A DNA stretch of 64,000 nt, from NCBI GenBank assembly GCA_040756875.1, contig JBFLYH010000003.1, positions 224,001-288,000 of the forward strand, read 5' to 3'. This document shows, piece by piece, positions 9,929 through 19,542 of this stretch. The stretch's first letter is position 1; each line of letters opens with the position of its first letter. The notes under the pieces were generated by a model. It was not told the DNA's origin. It did not search any database and was given only the letters and a program-made list of their open reading frames with translations. Origin of the DNA: a candidate division FCPU426 bacterium. GTDB lineage: Bacteria > Oederibacteriota > JAAXVQ01 > JAUVAV01. A program made the position numbers and the translations under genes.

Positions 9929-11197
9929 TCAGGGAGCAATGGCGATCTTTTGGAGGGGATAGGCTTTCTCTTCGCCGTTCCGGGTCAGGACTGCGCTGTA
10001 AAAATAGATGCCCGGCGCCAATCCCCGGCTCGCCCAGGCGATGTCCGTGCCCGGTTGGTCGCGGCTGATTTCCGTCACCCGCTCGCCGGCTGCGTTGAGG
10101 ATCTTGATTTTCACCCTGGAAATACCCGGCGCGTTCCAGGAAAAAGTAACCGCGGCCCGGGCCGGATTGGGGTAAGCCGTGATTCTATCCGGCCAGCCCG
10201 CCACGGAAGTAGGGGTGGCTTGAACCGTCGCGGTCGGCGTGGACGTGGGCGTAAAAGGCGTGGGTTTGGGATTGGCCGTGTAGACCGCCGTATCCATGAC
10301 CGCGCTGTCCGAAGCGCGGATATGGCGCAGGGTCATGCTGGCGCCGTTGATTTCCAATTCGGTGTAGCCGTAATAGCCGGTTTGCGACTGGTCGTAGGAA
10401 TACGCCACCATATAGCCGTTGCCGTCGTGGTTTTCGTCCACCGCCACCAGCGGCGCACCGCCGTTTCCGGTCACGATCTGGGCCGTGCCTGCCGAGGCGT
10501 CCAGCGGCGGGTTCAGGGTGCCGTCCAGTCCGAGTTTCAGCGTGCGTACGTAATAATGGGCGTGGCCCGCGAAAATGATGTCGCAACCGTTTTGATAGAG
10601 CGGCACGCCCCAGGTGGTATGGATCGTCCCCTCGTATATTTTGGGACCGAAGTCGAAAATCGGCTGGTGCCAGACCGCGAACAGCCAGGGATGGGGGTTG
10701 GTCTGGATGGCCTGCAGCAGCAAGGCGTATTGCGGGCCGCTCAGGCTTTCGTAATTGTTCAGAATGACGAAGCGCGCGTTTTCATAGTCGAAAAAGAAAA
10801 ACCGGCCGTCATTGCCAAACTGCGCGGCCTGGCCGGGCAGATAGGCCGTCCAGTTGGCCAGGCCCGCCGGCGAAGCCAGGGCGTCGTGGTTGCCGGCGGC
10901 GGACATGTATTTCGGCGGAACCAGCAACTGCCCCGTCCCGCCCAGAATGTCGTCGCAGGCCTGCTGCCATACGTTCCATAAATCCGTGCGCGTCCCGTCC
11001 TCCACCACGTCGCCCACGTTGATCAGGAAGCGGTAATCCTGCGAGGTGGTGGTGATGGCTGTCAGCACGCCCCGGTGCGCCGCGTCGTCGGTGCGCGTGT
11101 CGCCGTACATGATGAATTTCCACGGCCCGGCCGCCCGTGCCACCTGGGCCGCCAGCATGACGGCCACGATCATCACCGCCGCAACGATTCGCCGCAT
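9929..11197 (-). CDS. Secreted calcineurin-like metallophosphoesterase (purple acid phosphatase-like) with T9SS-like C-terminal domain
   Basis: YGDTR, GDVV, GNHD, GHAH motifs; AYPNP..NAAGERV..APGIYF. Confidence 0.9.
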   Translation of the reverse strand: MRRIVAAVMIVAVMLAAQVARAAGPWKFIMYGDTRTDDAAHRGVLTAITTTSQDYRFLINVGDVVEDGTRTDLWNVWQQACDDILGGTGQLLVPPKYMSAAGNHDALASPAGLANWTAYLPGQAAQFGNDGRFFFFDYENARFVILNNYESLSGPQYALLLQAIQTNPHPWLFAVWHQPIFDFGPKIYEGTIHTTWGVPLYQNGCDIIFAGHAHYYVRTLKLGLDGTLNPPLDASAGTAQIVTGNGGAPLVAVDENHDGNGYMVAYSYDQSQTGYYGYTELEINGASMTLRHIRASDSAVMDTAVYTANPKPTPFTPTSTPTATVQATPTSVAGWPDRITAYPNPARAAVTFSWNAPGISRVKIKILNAAGERVTEISRDQPGTDIAWASRGLAPGIYFYSAVLTRNGEEKAYPLQKIAIAP

Positions 11198-11228
11198 TTC
11201 TTCACTCTCTTCGACTTTTTCTTTCTAT

Positions 11229-11392
11229 TTGAAACCTCAACTCACATTCATCAGATGTGTTCGAAGCATGGCTGAGAAAGCGTTTGCGAAAAGGACCTTT
11301 TTTCCACCTTTTCGCAAGCCGAGTCCGCCCTCCCAATGGCGGACGTCTTTCGAAGCCAGGCTGCGAACACATCCCGTTTGTTGAGGTTTCAA
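11229..11392. mobile_element. 164-bp MITE-like element or structured RNA with perfect 13-bp terminal inverted repeats
   Basis: TTGAAACCTCAAC (11229-11241) / GTTGAGGTTTCAA (11380-11392); nested stems GATGTGTTCG/CGAACACATC, TTGCGAAAAGG/CCTTTTCGCAA, GTCCGCC/GGCGGAC. Confidence 0.6.
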
Positions 11393-12549
11393 GCTATCTT
11401 CTTATCCCAAACCCGCATCCGCTTGTACACTTTGCCCCCCATCTTCTCGATGGGGCCGATGATGGCCGTGTTGTCCTCCAGCTCCCAGGACAACTCCCCG
11501 TCCTTGATCCCGTGCTTTTTACCGGATTCGAACGGGTGGACATACAGGTACGCGTCCAGTCCCAGGCCCCGGTATTGCGGCATGACCCCGGCCAGGAACA
11601 GCCGCGCCCGGTTGAACTTGGGCTTGGGTTTGAGGAACAGGCGCCAGGCCAGATTGAGCAGCTGCATGATCTCCTGCGCCCAGACGGGAAATTTTTTCGC
11701 CCAGTACGTGCACTCCATATAGTCATACAATGAGCAGGCCATGCCCACGGGCTCGCCCTTCGGGCCTTCGATGATGACCACCAGGCCTTCGGCCGCGATG
11801 AGTTGCATGTTATCGGCCAATTCCGTGAATTGGCGCGTGGTGATGGGAGTGAAGCCCCAGTTTTCGGCCCAGGCTGCCTCGTAAATGTCCATAATGATCC
11901 TGAAATCCTTGGCGGTCTGCTTCTTGTTCAGGTGGCGGAAGGTGAAGCCCTTGGACTCCATCTTCTGTTTGACGATTTTGGCGATCCGCTCGACATTATC
12001 GGGAATGGGCTTGGTCAGGTCGAGCGAGAAAGCCACCAAATCCTTGGCTTTTTCCATCTGGTAGTTCTTGCACAAGTCCATGTAGTAGGGCGGATTGTGG
12101 GGCATCATGAAATAACGGTGCGTATCGAACCCCTCGTACAGCATGCCGATCTCGTCCTGGGTGTCGCAACTCATGGGGCCGCGCATCACGGTCATGCCCT
12201 TGGCTTTAAGCCACTCCCTGACCGTATCGAACAGGGCATTGGCCGCCTCCTGGTCATTGCGGCACTCGAAGAAGCCCCAAAACCCGGTGGTCTCGTGAAA
12301 CCGTTCATTGTGCCGGGGGTTGGCAATAGCGGCGATCCGCCCGACCACCTTCCCTTCCCGGAGAGCCAGGTAGAAATCGCCGTCGCCGAACTCGAAGAAT
12401 GGATGCCTTTTTTTATCCACCCGTTTCTTCAGGTCCATCACCAGATCAGGCGCCCAATGCGGGTCGTCCCGGTAGATTTCCCATGCAAAACGCATGAATC
12501 GCTGCATGCCTTGCTTGTCATCCGTGACTTTCTTGATTTCTACGGGCAT
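11389..12549 (-). CDS. YghO-like tandem GNAT-fold N-acyltransferase
   Basis: IYRDDPHW, HPFFEFGD, VVGRIAAI, GFWGFFEC, MPHNPPYY, ELSWELEDN. Confidence 0.85.
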   Translation of the reverse strand: MPVEIKKVTDDKQGMQRFMRFAWEIYRDDPHWAPDLVMDLKKRVDKKRHPFFEFGDGDFYLALREGKVVGRIAAIANPRHNERFHETTGFWGFFECRNDQEAANALFDTVREWLKAKGMTVMRGPMSCDTQDEIGMLYEGFDTHRYFMMPHNPPYYMDLCKNYQMEKAKDLVAFSLDLTKPIPDNVERIAKIVKQKMESKGFTFRHLNKKQTAKDFRIIMDIYEAAWAENWGFTPITTRQFTELADNMQLIAAEGLVVIIEGPKGEPVGMACSLYDYMECTYWAKKFPVWAQEIMQLLNLAWRLFLKPKPKFNRARLFLAGVMPQYRGLGLDAYLYVHPFESGKKHGIKDGELSWELEDNTAIIGPIEKMGGKVYKRMRVWDKKIA

Positions 12550-12781
12550 CGGGCTGCATCCTCCTGGGAATGGTCAAATCGGCCTATCCCTGCAACGTAC
12601 AAAATGCGGGCTTGCCCGGAAACAAATACAACTCGGGCGTTGCAGGGATGTCGCCTTCCAACTTGTCCTGTGATGCGTGGTTTTTACTGGACCCCCGGGC
12701 AATTCCCGGGGGGGCTTCATTTTAGCCGTTTCCACCGGCTTTGCAATGGAATAAACCGATAAAAGAGCAAGGGCCGGACCC

Positions 12782-13120
12782 TCAACGCTTGCGCGTGGGC
12801 TTTGATCCTGGTTTTTTCGTTGCAGGCAGTTCCGCGGCGGTGAGGCGGATCAATTCTCCCAGCCACTCGCGGTCATCCAGGCGGTCTTCGATGAGCAGAT
12901 ACGGCTTGGCGCCGGGGTAAGGGGCGCCTTCGGCGATCGGGCCGGCAAACCGCCGCCCGCCGGGCGTAGGTTTCACGAACAAGCGGTTGTCGCAAACCAG
13001 GGCCACGACTTTCCCTTCCAAATAAACCGCGTATTCGCCGAACATCTTGCGATACGTCACCCGCCCGGCTGATCCCATTTGATCGGCGACATATTCCATG
13101 AATGAAAGCTCCGAGCCCAT
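12782..13120 (-). CDS. TfoX/Sxy N-terminal domain protein
   Basis: RKMFGEYAVY..LVCDNRLFVKPT..PYPGAKP. Confidence 0.9.
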   Translation of the reverse strand: MGSELSFMEYVADQMGSAGRVTYRKMFGEYAVYLEGKVVALVCDNRLFVKPTPGGRRFAGPIAEGAPYPGAKPYLLIEDRLDDREWLGELIRLTAAELPATKKPGSKPTRKR

Positions 13121-13200
13121 AAACAGGTCACACTCCTATTCTTCGCGGGGTTCCCCGACTTGATCCGTCGAGCAACTGCGGTGCAGGCGCCAGGCGGAGG

Positions 13201-14424
13201 TCAGTAATAGTAGTTGAGGGAAGCGTACAGCAGATCCGGGTAAATGCCGAATTCGGAAAGCCATTGTCCTGATTCCGGGTTCTTCCCCAGGCTGATGAAC
13301 CCGCCGATCCGGCCTTCCACCTCGTCGGCCAGGCTCACGGTCAGGCCCGGCGCCGCCAGAAGCGAGGCATCCGCCAGGTTCCACAACACCTGCGCCGAAC
13401 CGGAAATCAGAGGCGTGATTTGCACCGTGAGCCCCGGAGCCAGATACTGACGCCCCATCAGGTAAACCGACCCCTGGGTGTAGGCGTCGCGCGCGAAGAG
13501 GCCGGGATACCCGGCGGGATCGGACCCGCCCGCGCCGTTGTAGTGGTACTCGACGAATCCGTACCAGCCGTCCGCCAGGTTGTAGTCCGCGCCGGCGGAC
13601 AGCCGGAAATAATCGGCGCCTGCCCGCCGGCCCGCGAACAACCGGTCGAAAACATAGGCTGACTCCAGCCAGACGCTGGCGCCGCCCACGGCCCGGGCCA
13701 GGTCCAGGCCCAGCAGCCCGTGGTCCCTGAATTTCAGCAGCAGGAGCGAGGCGTCGGTTTCGAGGATATACACCTTGGGTTTGACGAACCAGGCACTGTT
13801 TTTATATTTAGCGTCGCGGCCGAACACCCAGCCTGCGTCCGCTTCGCCCATCTCGCCCAGGGGTGTGCGGAAACGGACCGCGTCCACACCCGTCCGCTCT
13901 TCCTTGTCGATGGTCTGATAGGTGAAAGGCGCCAACACGTCCGTGGGATTGACCGCTTTGGCCGAACCAAAGGCCACGGGCTGCCGGCCGAGGGTCAAAT
14001 CGCCGAAGCCGAACGACAGGGCGACGGAAGCGCGGTCCAGGTTTTGCGTAAGGACAAAATTGGCGACCGGATCGCCCGGCGCCGGATAGAGGCCCGCAGC
14101 CAAGTCGGCGGCCCGGTAGGCAGCGGCATCCGGCTGCGGCAGGCTCGCCAGGGCCGCGGTGCCGCCGGTGATGCGGGGAGACAGCTCGTAGGCCGCGGTC
14201 ACGGCCACTTGATCCGCGGGTTTCCATTCGCCTTTCAGTCGGAACGGCCCCGTGGCCTCGCCCTCCGGCGCCGTACCGGCTCCGGCTTGAAAAGCCAAAA
14301 GGTAGGTTTTGTAATACCCGCCGAAATGCCAGACCGCATTCTCGCCATCCGCCGCCGCGGCCGAAGCCGCCCAGGCCAGGCCGAGCGTCAGGCCCGCGGC
14401 TGCCATCCCCGCCAGCCGGTTCAT
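13201..14424 (-). CDS. Outer membrane beta-barrel associated with the LolA-like/ABC operon
   Basis: Signal peptide; LDRA..GRQPVAFG..NPTDVL..GVDAVR; aromatic C-terminus YYY; ATGA overlap with the ATPase gene. Confidence 0.75.
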   Translation of the reverse strand: MNRLAGMAAAGLTLGLAWAASAAAADGENAVWHFGGYYKTYLLAFQAGAGTAPEGEATGPFRLKGEWKPADQVAVTAAYELSPRITGGTAALASLPQPDAAAYRAADLAAGLYPAPGDPVANFVLTQNLDRASVALSFGFGDLTLGRQPVAFGSAKAVNPTDVLAPFTYQTIDKEERTGVDAVRFRTPLGEMGEADAGWVFGRDAKYKNSAWFVKPKVYILETDASLLLLKFRDHGLLGLDLARAVGGASVWLESAYVFDRLFAGRRAGADYFRLSAGADYNLADGWYGFVEYHYNGAGGSDPAGYPGLFARDAYTQGSVYLMGRQYLAPGLTVQITPLISGSAQVLWNLADASLLAAPGLTVSLADEVEGRIGGFISLGKNPESGQWLSEFGIYPDLLYASLNYYY

Positions 14425-15152
14425 CTCCGGGCCGGCCGTCGGCGCACATCGTCTTTCTCGATCCGGCCGTCCTTCAGTGTAATCAACCGCGAGGCATGCG
14501 CCATGATGTGCGGATCGTGCGTGGAAAAGATGAACGTCATGCCCTGCTTGCGGTTCAGGTCTTGCATCATGTCAATCAGGGTTTCCCCGGTTTTGGAGTC
14601 CAGGTTGGCCGTGGGTTCGTCGGCTAAAATGATGTCGGGTTGCGAAACCATGGCCCGGGCCACGGCCACGCGCTGCTGCTGGCCGCCGGACAGTTGGGCG
14701 GGCCGCCGGTTTTCAAATCCCTGGAGACCGACCTCCTGCAAAATCCCGGCAACGCGCCTCGCCCGTTCCGCGGGCGGAACTCCCTGCAGCAGCATGATGT
14801 ATTCGATGTTTTCACGCGCCGACAGCACGGGGATCAGGTTGTAGGACTGGAAGATGAAGCCGATGTGGTCGCGACGGAAATCGGACAGGGCGCTGCCGCT
14901 CATGCGGTTCAGGTCCTGGCCTTTGAGCAGCACGCGTCCCGAAGTGGGTGCATCCAAGCCGCTGATGAGGTTCAGGAACGAAGTCTTCCCCGATCCCGAG
15001 GGACCGACCACGGCCGTGAATTCACCCGGTTGGATGGCCAGGGAAACCTGGCGCAGGGCGTTGACTTCGATTTCGCCGCTCCGGTAGACTTTGGTCAGTT
15101 TATCGGTCTGTATCAGGGGTTCGGCGGTTTTCGTGGTTTTGGCTTTGGCCAT
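14421..15152 (-). CDS. ABC transporter ATP-binding protein (LolD/MacB-like)
   Basis: GPSGSGKT, LSGGQQQRVA, ILADEPT. Confidence 0.95.
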   Translation of the reverse strand: MAKAKTTKTAEPLIQTDKLTKVYRSGEIEVNALRQVSLAIQPGEFTAVVGPSGSGKTSFLNLISGLDAPTSGRVLLKGQDLNRMSGSALSDFRRDHIGFIFQSYNLIPVLSARENIEYIMLLQGVPPAERARRVAGILQEVGLQGFENRRPAQLSGGQQQRVAVARAMVSQPDIILADEPTANLDSKTGETLIDMMQDLNRKQGMTFIFSTHDPHIMAHASRLITLKDGRIEKDDVRRRPARR

Positions 15153-15180
15153 GTCGGACTCCTTCAGGCGGGCGCCCGCC

Positions 15181-16407
15181 TTATAAAGATCGCTTCATCG
15201 CTTTGGCCGGCTGCAGGCGGGCCGCGTACACGGCCGGATAGATGCCCACCAGCACGGTAAAAACGAACAACCAAGTCGGATACACCAGGTATTGATACGA
15301 CCTCGCCACCGGATAGATCATGTCCTTGATGGTGACGCCCGTGAATTCCAGCCCCCGGTAATCAATGCCGACGGCCTGGTAGAAAACGGTCAGGCCCCAA
15401 CCCAGGATAATGCCGATGGCGATGCTGACCAGGGCCAGGGAGGCGGATTCCAGGAGGATCATAAAGGCCACGCCCGAAGGCCGCGTACCCACGGCCCGGA
15501 GCACGCCGAACTCAAACATACGCTCGTACAAGGACATGAACAGCGTGTTCATGATGCCGAAGGATACGATGCCGAACAGCACCACGGCCATGATCAGCAG
15601 CGAAAACATGGACATGTCCATCAGGGATTTGAGCTCCGGAAAGAGCGCGGTCCAGCTCAAGGCCTCGTTCCCGTCGCGTGAATACTTTTGCCAAAAGGGC
15701 AGATTCGGGTCCGAGGCGGTCTTGAGGTCCTTAAAAGCCACGGCGATTTCGTGCACACGGCCGCCAAGCTGGAGCAGTTGCTGGGCTTTGGCCAGCGGGA
15801 TGAACGCCATGCCCCGGTCCATTTCCCGCACCTTGAATTCGAAAATGCCGCCGACCCGGAACATTTCTTGCGACAGCTCGCCCGTGCCCGCCTGCGCCAC
15901 GGTCAGCACCAGACGGTCTCCCAGGTCCACGCCCAGGTTTTCGGCCAGTTTGCGGCCGATGAGGATGCGGTTCTCCGCGCCGGCGTCTACGTAATCGCCC
16001 GCCGCCACAACTTCCGCCAGGCGGGACACGCGGCGTTCCGGCTCCGGCTCCACGCCGTACAACAGGATCGAACCCACGTCAGCCGCGGAACTGAGCATGG
16101 CAAAGCTCAGGACCCTGGGGGCGAAGGCGCGCACTTCGGGTTCCTTCCCCAGTTCAGCCAGGATGCGGTCCGCATCGGCCACCGTGTCCTCCACCTCAAG
16201 CGTCTTGCGGAAATGGAGGTGATGGATCTGCGCCTGGCCGGGAAAGGTGGCCGTGGCGGTCAATACCATGTTGTCCATCATGCCCAGCATCATGGCGTCA
16301 AAAAAGATCAGGGTCGCCAGGCCCAGGCCGATGGCCAGGCCGGAGAGCACGGTGCGCCGGGTATTGCGGAAAAGGTTGCGCCAGGCCAGTTTGAGCAAAA
16401 GCAGCAT
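15181..16407 (-). CDS. ABC transporter permease, FtsX/LolE-like
   Basis: LAWRNLFRNTRRT; MSLYERMFEFGVLRAVG; 4 TM with a large periplasmic domain. Confidence 0.92.
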   Translation of the reverse strand: MLLLLKLAWRNLFRNTRRTVLSGLAIGLGLATLIFFDAMMLGMMDNMVLTATATFPGQAQIHHLHFRKTLEVEDTVADADRILAELGKEPEVRAFAPRVLSFAMLSSAADVGSILLYGVEPEPERRVSRLAEVVAAGDYVDAGAENRILIGRKLAENLGVDLGDRLVLTVAQAGTGELSQEMFRVGGIFEFKVREMDRGMAFIPLAKAQQLLQLGGRVHEIAVAFKDLKTASDPNLPFWQKYSRDGNEALSWTALFPELKSLMDMSMFSLLIMAVVLFGIVSFGIMNTLFMSLYERMFEFGVLRAVGTRPSGVAFMILLESASLALVSIAIGIILGWGLTVFYQAVGIDYRGLEFTGVTIKDMIYPVARSYQYLVYPTWLFVFTVLVGIYPAVYAARLQPAKAMKRSL

Positions 16408-16429
16408 CCATTGCCTCCGATACGCCGAT

Positions 16430-17647
16430 CTAGGTGCGGATCGCTTCCACGGGACGGAGACGGACCACCCGCGCCGCCGGAATCATGGCCACCAGCACCG
16501 CCGTGCCGAACGTCACCAGGCCGGAAATCAGGAAGCCCCTGGCCCGCAGGGAGCCGTACATGGTGTCGACCACCACGCCGCCCATGTCCATGCCCGCGGG
16601 GTACGGAATGCCGTGGTTCGCCAGGTAGAGGTTTGCCGCCAGTCCTGCGAGCCCCCCGACCGCGCAGCTCAAGAGGGCCAACCAGCCGGTTTCGAGCAGG
16701 ATGAGCGCGAACATCCGTGCGGGCCTGGTGCCCAGGGCTTTCATCACACCATACTCGCGGGTCCGCTCCAGCACCGACATGAGCACGGTATTGAGCACGC
16801 CGATGGCCACGATCAAGACGATGATGAGCAGGGTGATCCACATGCCTTCCTTGTCCGCGATCATCGCACGATAGAACTCCTGAGCCACGACTTCCCAGGG
16901 ATCCACCTCCAGGGCCGGATCGTCCAACGCTTTGGCGATTTCGCGGGCCGCCTGCCGGGAGCGGGAAAAATCGTCCAGCACCACAGCCAGTTCGTGTACG
17001 CGGCCCTGCATCGCCAGGAATTCCTGAGCCGCGGCCAGGGGCAGGTAGCACTCGGAATCACCGGCCAGCATGCTCCCGCCCTTCAGGACCGCCACGATTC
17101 TAAACAAATCGTTGGCCACCGAACCGTCGGCCGCCTGGGTGATGAGCACCAGGTCGTCCCCCACCCCGGCTTTGAGCAATTCGGCCAACCCCGCGCCGAT
17201 CATGACTTCTTTGGCCGCGCCGGATGACAAAAACTTCCCTTGGCTTACGCGGCCGGACAACCGGGTGGTCTGCGCTTCCCGGACCGGATCCACGCCGACC
17301 AGCCGCGCTACCGTGGTTTTTTTGCCGATGAACGCCAGCGCGCCGGAATAGACCCGGGGCGCCCAGCTGCGCACGCCCCGCACCGAGGCCGCGCGCCTGC
17401 CTACGGCTTCGGCATTTTCGAAGGAGGTAAACAAGGTCGGCTTTTCGAGGTATCCGCGGGCGTGGATCTGCACATGGCCGGTCGCGGCCGAGGTGAAGGC
17501 CTTTATCGCCGTGTCATAGGTCCCGTCGGAAACGCCCACGGAAAGCGACAGCAGCGCAAACCCGCCGGCCATGGTCAGGCCGGTCAGCAAGGAACGGCGG
17601 CGTTGCCGGAACACGTTGCGCCAGGCGAGGATCAGGAGCTGGGGCAT
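16430..17647 (-). CDS. ABC transporter permease, FtsX/LolC-like
   Basis: LAWRNVFRQRRRS; MSVLERTREYGVMKALG; start at MPQLL. Confidence 0.92.
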   Translation of the reverse strand: MPQLLILAWRNVFRQRRRSLLTGLTMAGGFALLSLSVGVSDGTYDTAIKAFTSAATGHVQIHARGYLEKPTLFTSFENAEAVGRRAASVRGVRSWAPRVYSGALAFIGKKTTVARLVGVDPVREAQTTRLSGRVSQGKFLSSGAAKEVMIGAGLAELLKAGVGDDLVLITQAADGSVANDLFRIVAVLKGGSMLAGDSECYLPLAAAQEFLAMQGRVHELAVVLDDFSRSRQAAREIAKALDDPALEVDPWEVVAQEFYRAMIADKEGMWITLLIIVLIVAIGVLNTVLMSVLERTREYGVMKALGTRPARMFALILLETGWLALLSCAVGGLAGLAANLYLANHGIPYPAGMDMGGVVVDTMYGSLRARGFLISGLVTFGTAVLVAMIPAARVVRLRPVEAIRT

Positions 17648-17660
17648 AAGTCCGCCTTGT

Positions 17661-18419
17661 TCAAAGCTTTTTTTGCAAATTGCGCAGGGAAAACACCGAC
17701 TCCGGCACTCCCTGGTCGAAGGTGGCCTGTTTGTATTCAATGACGGTCTTGTTGCCGGGTTTGCTGGCCGAGGTCAGTTCCATGATGGCCGGGATCCGTC
17801 GGTCGCCGAAGGTCCGCACCTGCTTGAAGGCGATCACGCGCATCTGCCGGCCCTTTTCGTCGTAATACTCGTCCCGGACCGGCAGCAGGCTCCGCTGGTC
17901 CACCACGGCGATGATCTTGCCCCACACCGAGGCGGTCTGGGCCTTGGGGCGCAGTTCCACGTAGTAATGGTCCGGATCACCGGCCGGCGAGGGCAGCAGC
18001 GCGGCCGTATAATCGTCCAGCAGCGTGGTCTCTTTGACCAGGTCGTCGTTGGTGAAATCCGAACCCATCCAGGAGCCCATCATCATGGACGGCGGAACTT
18101 TCATGACCTTGTCGATCTTGGGAAAGTAATTCCACATCTCCTGCTTATTGCGCAGCGTGGCCACGCCCCGGTCCTTGGCCGGCGAGAGGATGCGGATGAA
18201 GGTCTTGTCCATGCCTTGGGACCAGGCCTGCATGAGCAGGGTGCGCTGGTAATTGGGGGTGGTCACGGTCATTTCCATTTCAGCGTAGCTGTCCTGCGCG
18301 CGGTACAGCCGGTCCATGGCCGAGACGATGGTCTTCACGTCCGGCGAGGATTCCCCGGCTCCTGAAGATGCGATGGCCAGCAGGAGCGAGGCAGCCAATG
18401 TCAAGCTGAGGGGGCGCAT
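17661..18419 (-). CDS. Outer membrane lipoprotein-sorting protein (LolA-like)
   Basis: Signal peptide; RILSPAKDRG, SWMGSDFTNDDL, FSLRNL. Confidence 0.9.
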   Translation of the reverse strand: MRPLSLTLAASLLLAIASSGAGESSPDVKTIVSAMDRLYRAQDSYAEMEMTVTTPNYQRTLLMQAWSQGMDKTFIRILSPAKDRGVATLRNKQEMWNYFPKIDKVMKVPPSMMMGSWMGSDFTNDDLVKETTLLDDYTAALLPSPAGDPDHYYVELRPKAQTASVWGKIIAVVDQRSLLPVRDEYYDEKGRQMRVIAFKQVRTFGDRRIPAIMELTSASKPGNKTVIEYKQATFDQGVPESVFSLRNLQKKL

Positions 18420-18629
18420 GCGTTCACCTCCGGAAGGAATGGGAATCTAGGCTCTTTGCCAATACTCCGCACGATTTCACGGGACGAAGCAGGGCGTGAA
18501 GCTCGGCCCCAGGTCCCTGGGGGTTAGGGAGGATGGCCTTTGGATGCCGCACGGCCGGTCCCGAAGGGGATCGCCGCGCGGGATTTTATTCTACGTCCAA
18601 CGCAGGGCGGATGACAAGGAAAACCGGGG

Positions 18630-19253
18630 TCATTTCCGGATTTTGAAGAAAAAAGTCTGCTGCCCGTTGCGCAGGACGACGTCCCGTTCAATGCGGGAAA
18701 AACCCGCACTCCGCAGGCTATTTTGTACTTCTCCGTCCGTATAGCGCCGGAACACGCCTGCCACGGCAAAGGGGAGCTGTCCCAACCGCTCGGGGCCCGA
18801 GAGATACATGACCAGGCAGCCGTCCTTGTCCAGCAGGCGGTGGATTTTGGAGAACATGCGGGGGAGATCGTCCCAGAAATACACGACATTAATAATGAAG
18901 ATTTTGGTGAATGTCTCGGCGCCGAAATCATGCCCGCTGAACTCGCCCAATGCCAGCCTGACCTGCTGCGAACGCAGGGCCGCCCGGTTGTTGCGCGCGG
19001 CCTTGCGCAGCATCAGGCGGGAGAAATCGAGGCCTAGAATCCGGCAGCGCGGGTTTTGTTCCGTGATCTGCCGGATGGCCAGCCCGGTCCCGAACCCGAT
19101 CTCCAGGATCCGGTCCTCGTCCTTGACCTGCAGCAGGTTCACGACCCGGTCATAGCATTCCTGATTCCTTTTTTCCATGACCCGGGCGACCCAATGGCCC
19201 AGCCAGCCGGCCGGCTTTCTGAATTGTTTTCCCACCCAGCGGTATAGAAACAT
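18630..19253 (-). CDS. Class I SAM-dependent methyltransferase
   Basis: QFRKPAGWLG, ILEIGFGTG, GLDFS, NVVYFW. Confidence 0.9.
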   Translation of the reverse strand: MFLYRWVGKQFRKPAGWLGHWVARVMEKRNQECYDRVVNLLQVKDEDRILEIGFGTGLAIRQITEQNPRCRILGLDFSRLMLRKAARNNRAALRSQQVRLALGEFSGHDFGAETFTKIFIINVVYFWDDLPRMFSKIHRLLDKDGCLVMYLSGPERLGQLPFAVAGVFRRYTDGEVQNSLRSAGFSRIERDVVLRNGQQTFFFKIRK

Positions 19254-19351
19254 GTCCTGGGCTTCCCTTTCAAACGCGCGCGGACCGTTTCCGGCCCATG
19301 ACAGGCACCTGGCGGACTGAATCCGCAGTTTCCTGCGGCGCCGGAGGATTC

Positions 19352-19380
19352 ATTGTAAAAGGCAGGGCAGGATTAAACAA
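19352..19380 (-). promoter_or_regulatory. Putative sigma70 promoter of the methyltransferase
   Basis: TTGTTT-N17-TACAAT on the minus strand. Confidence 0.5.
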
Positions 19381-19403
19381 GGGAAAGCTCGGCTTTGCGT
19401 AAT

Positions 19404-19440
19404 AAAAAAGGCCGCGAATCCTACTCCGGATCCGCGGCCT
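19404..19440 (-). terminator. Intrinsic terminator after the Cys-rich peptide gene
   Basis: AGGCCGCGGATC-loop-GATTCGCGGCCT followed by a T run on the minus strand. Confidence 0.8.
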
Positions 19441-19461
19441 GTGGATAAACCGCACTTCCTT

Positions 19462-19542
19462 TCAGCACCAGCAGCAACAACAATCACATTCAGTTTCACG
19501 AGCAGTTTTGGTTTTGCGGCTTGCACGTTTCTTGGCTTTCAT
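19462..19542 (-). CDS. 26-aa Cys-rich peptide MKAKKRASRKTKTARETECDCCCCWC
   Basis: RBS AGGAGGTG 6 nt before ATG; TGA at 19462-19464; terminator directly downstream; below the ORF-track length cutoff. Confidence 0.75.
   Translation of the reverse strand: MKAKKRASRKTKTARETECDCCCCWC

Noticed and set aside
11229-11392. TTGAAAC ends as CRISPR repeat termini, or the element as 6S RNA
   Set aside because: Only an inverted pair, with no direct-repeat array or cas genes; the branched fold lacks a recognisable 6S central bubble
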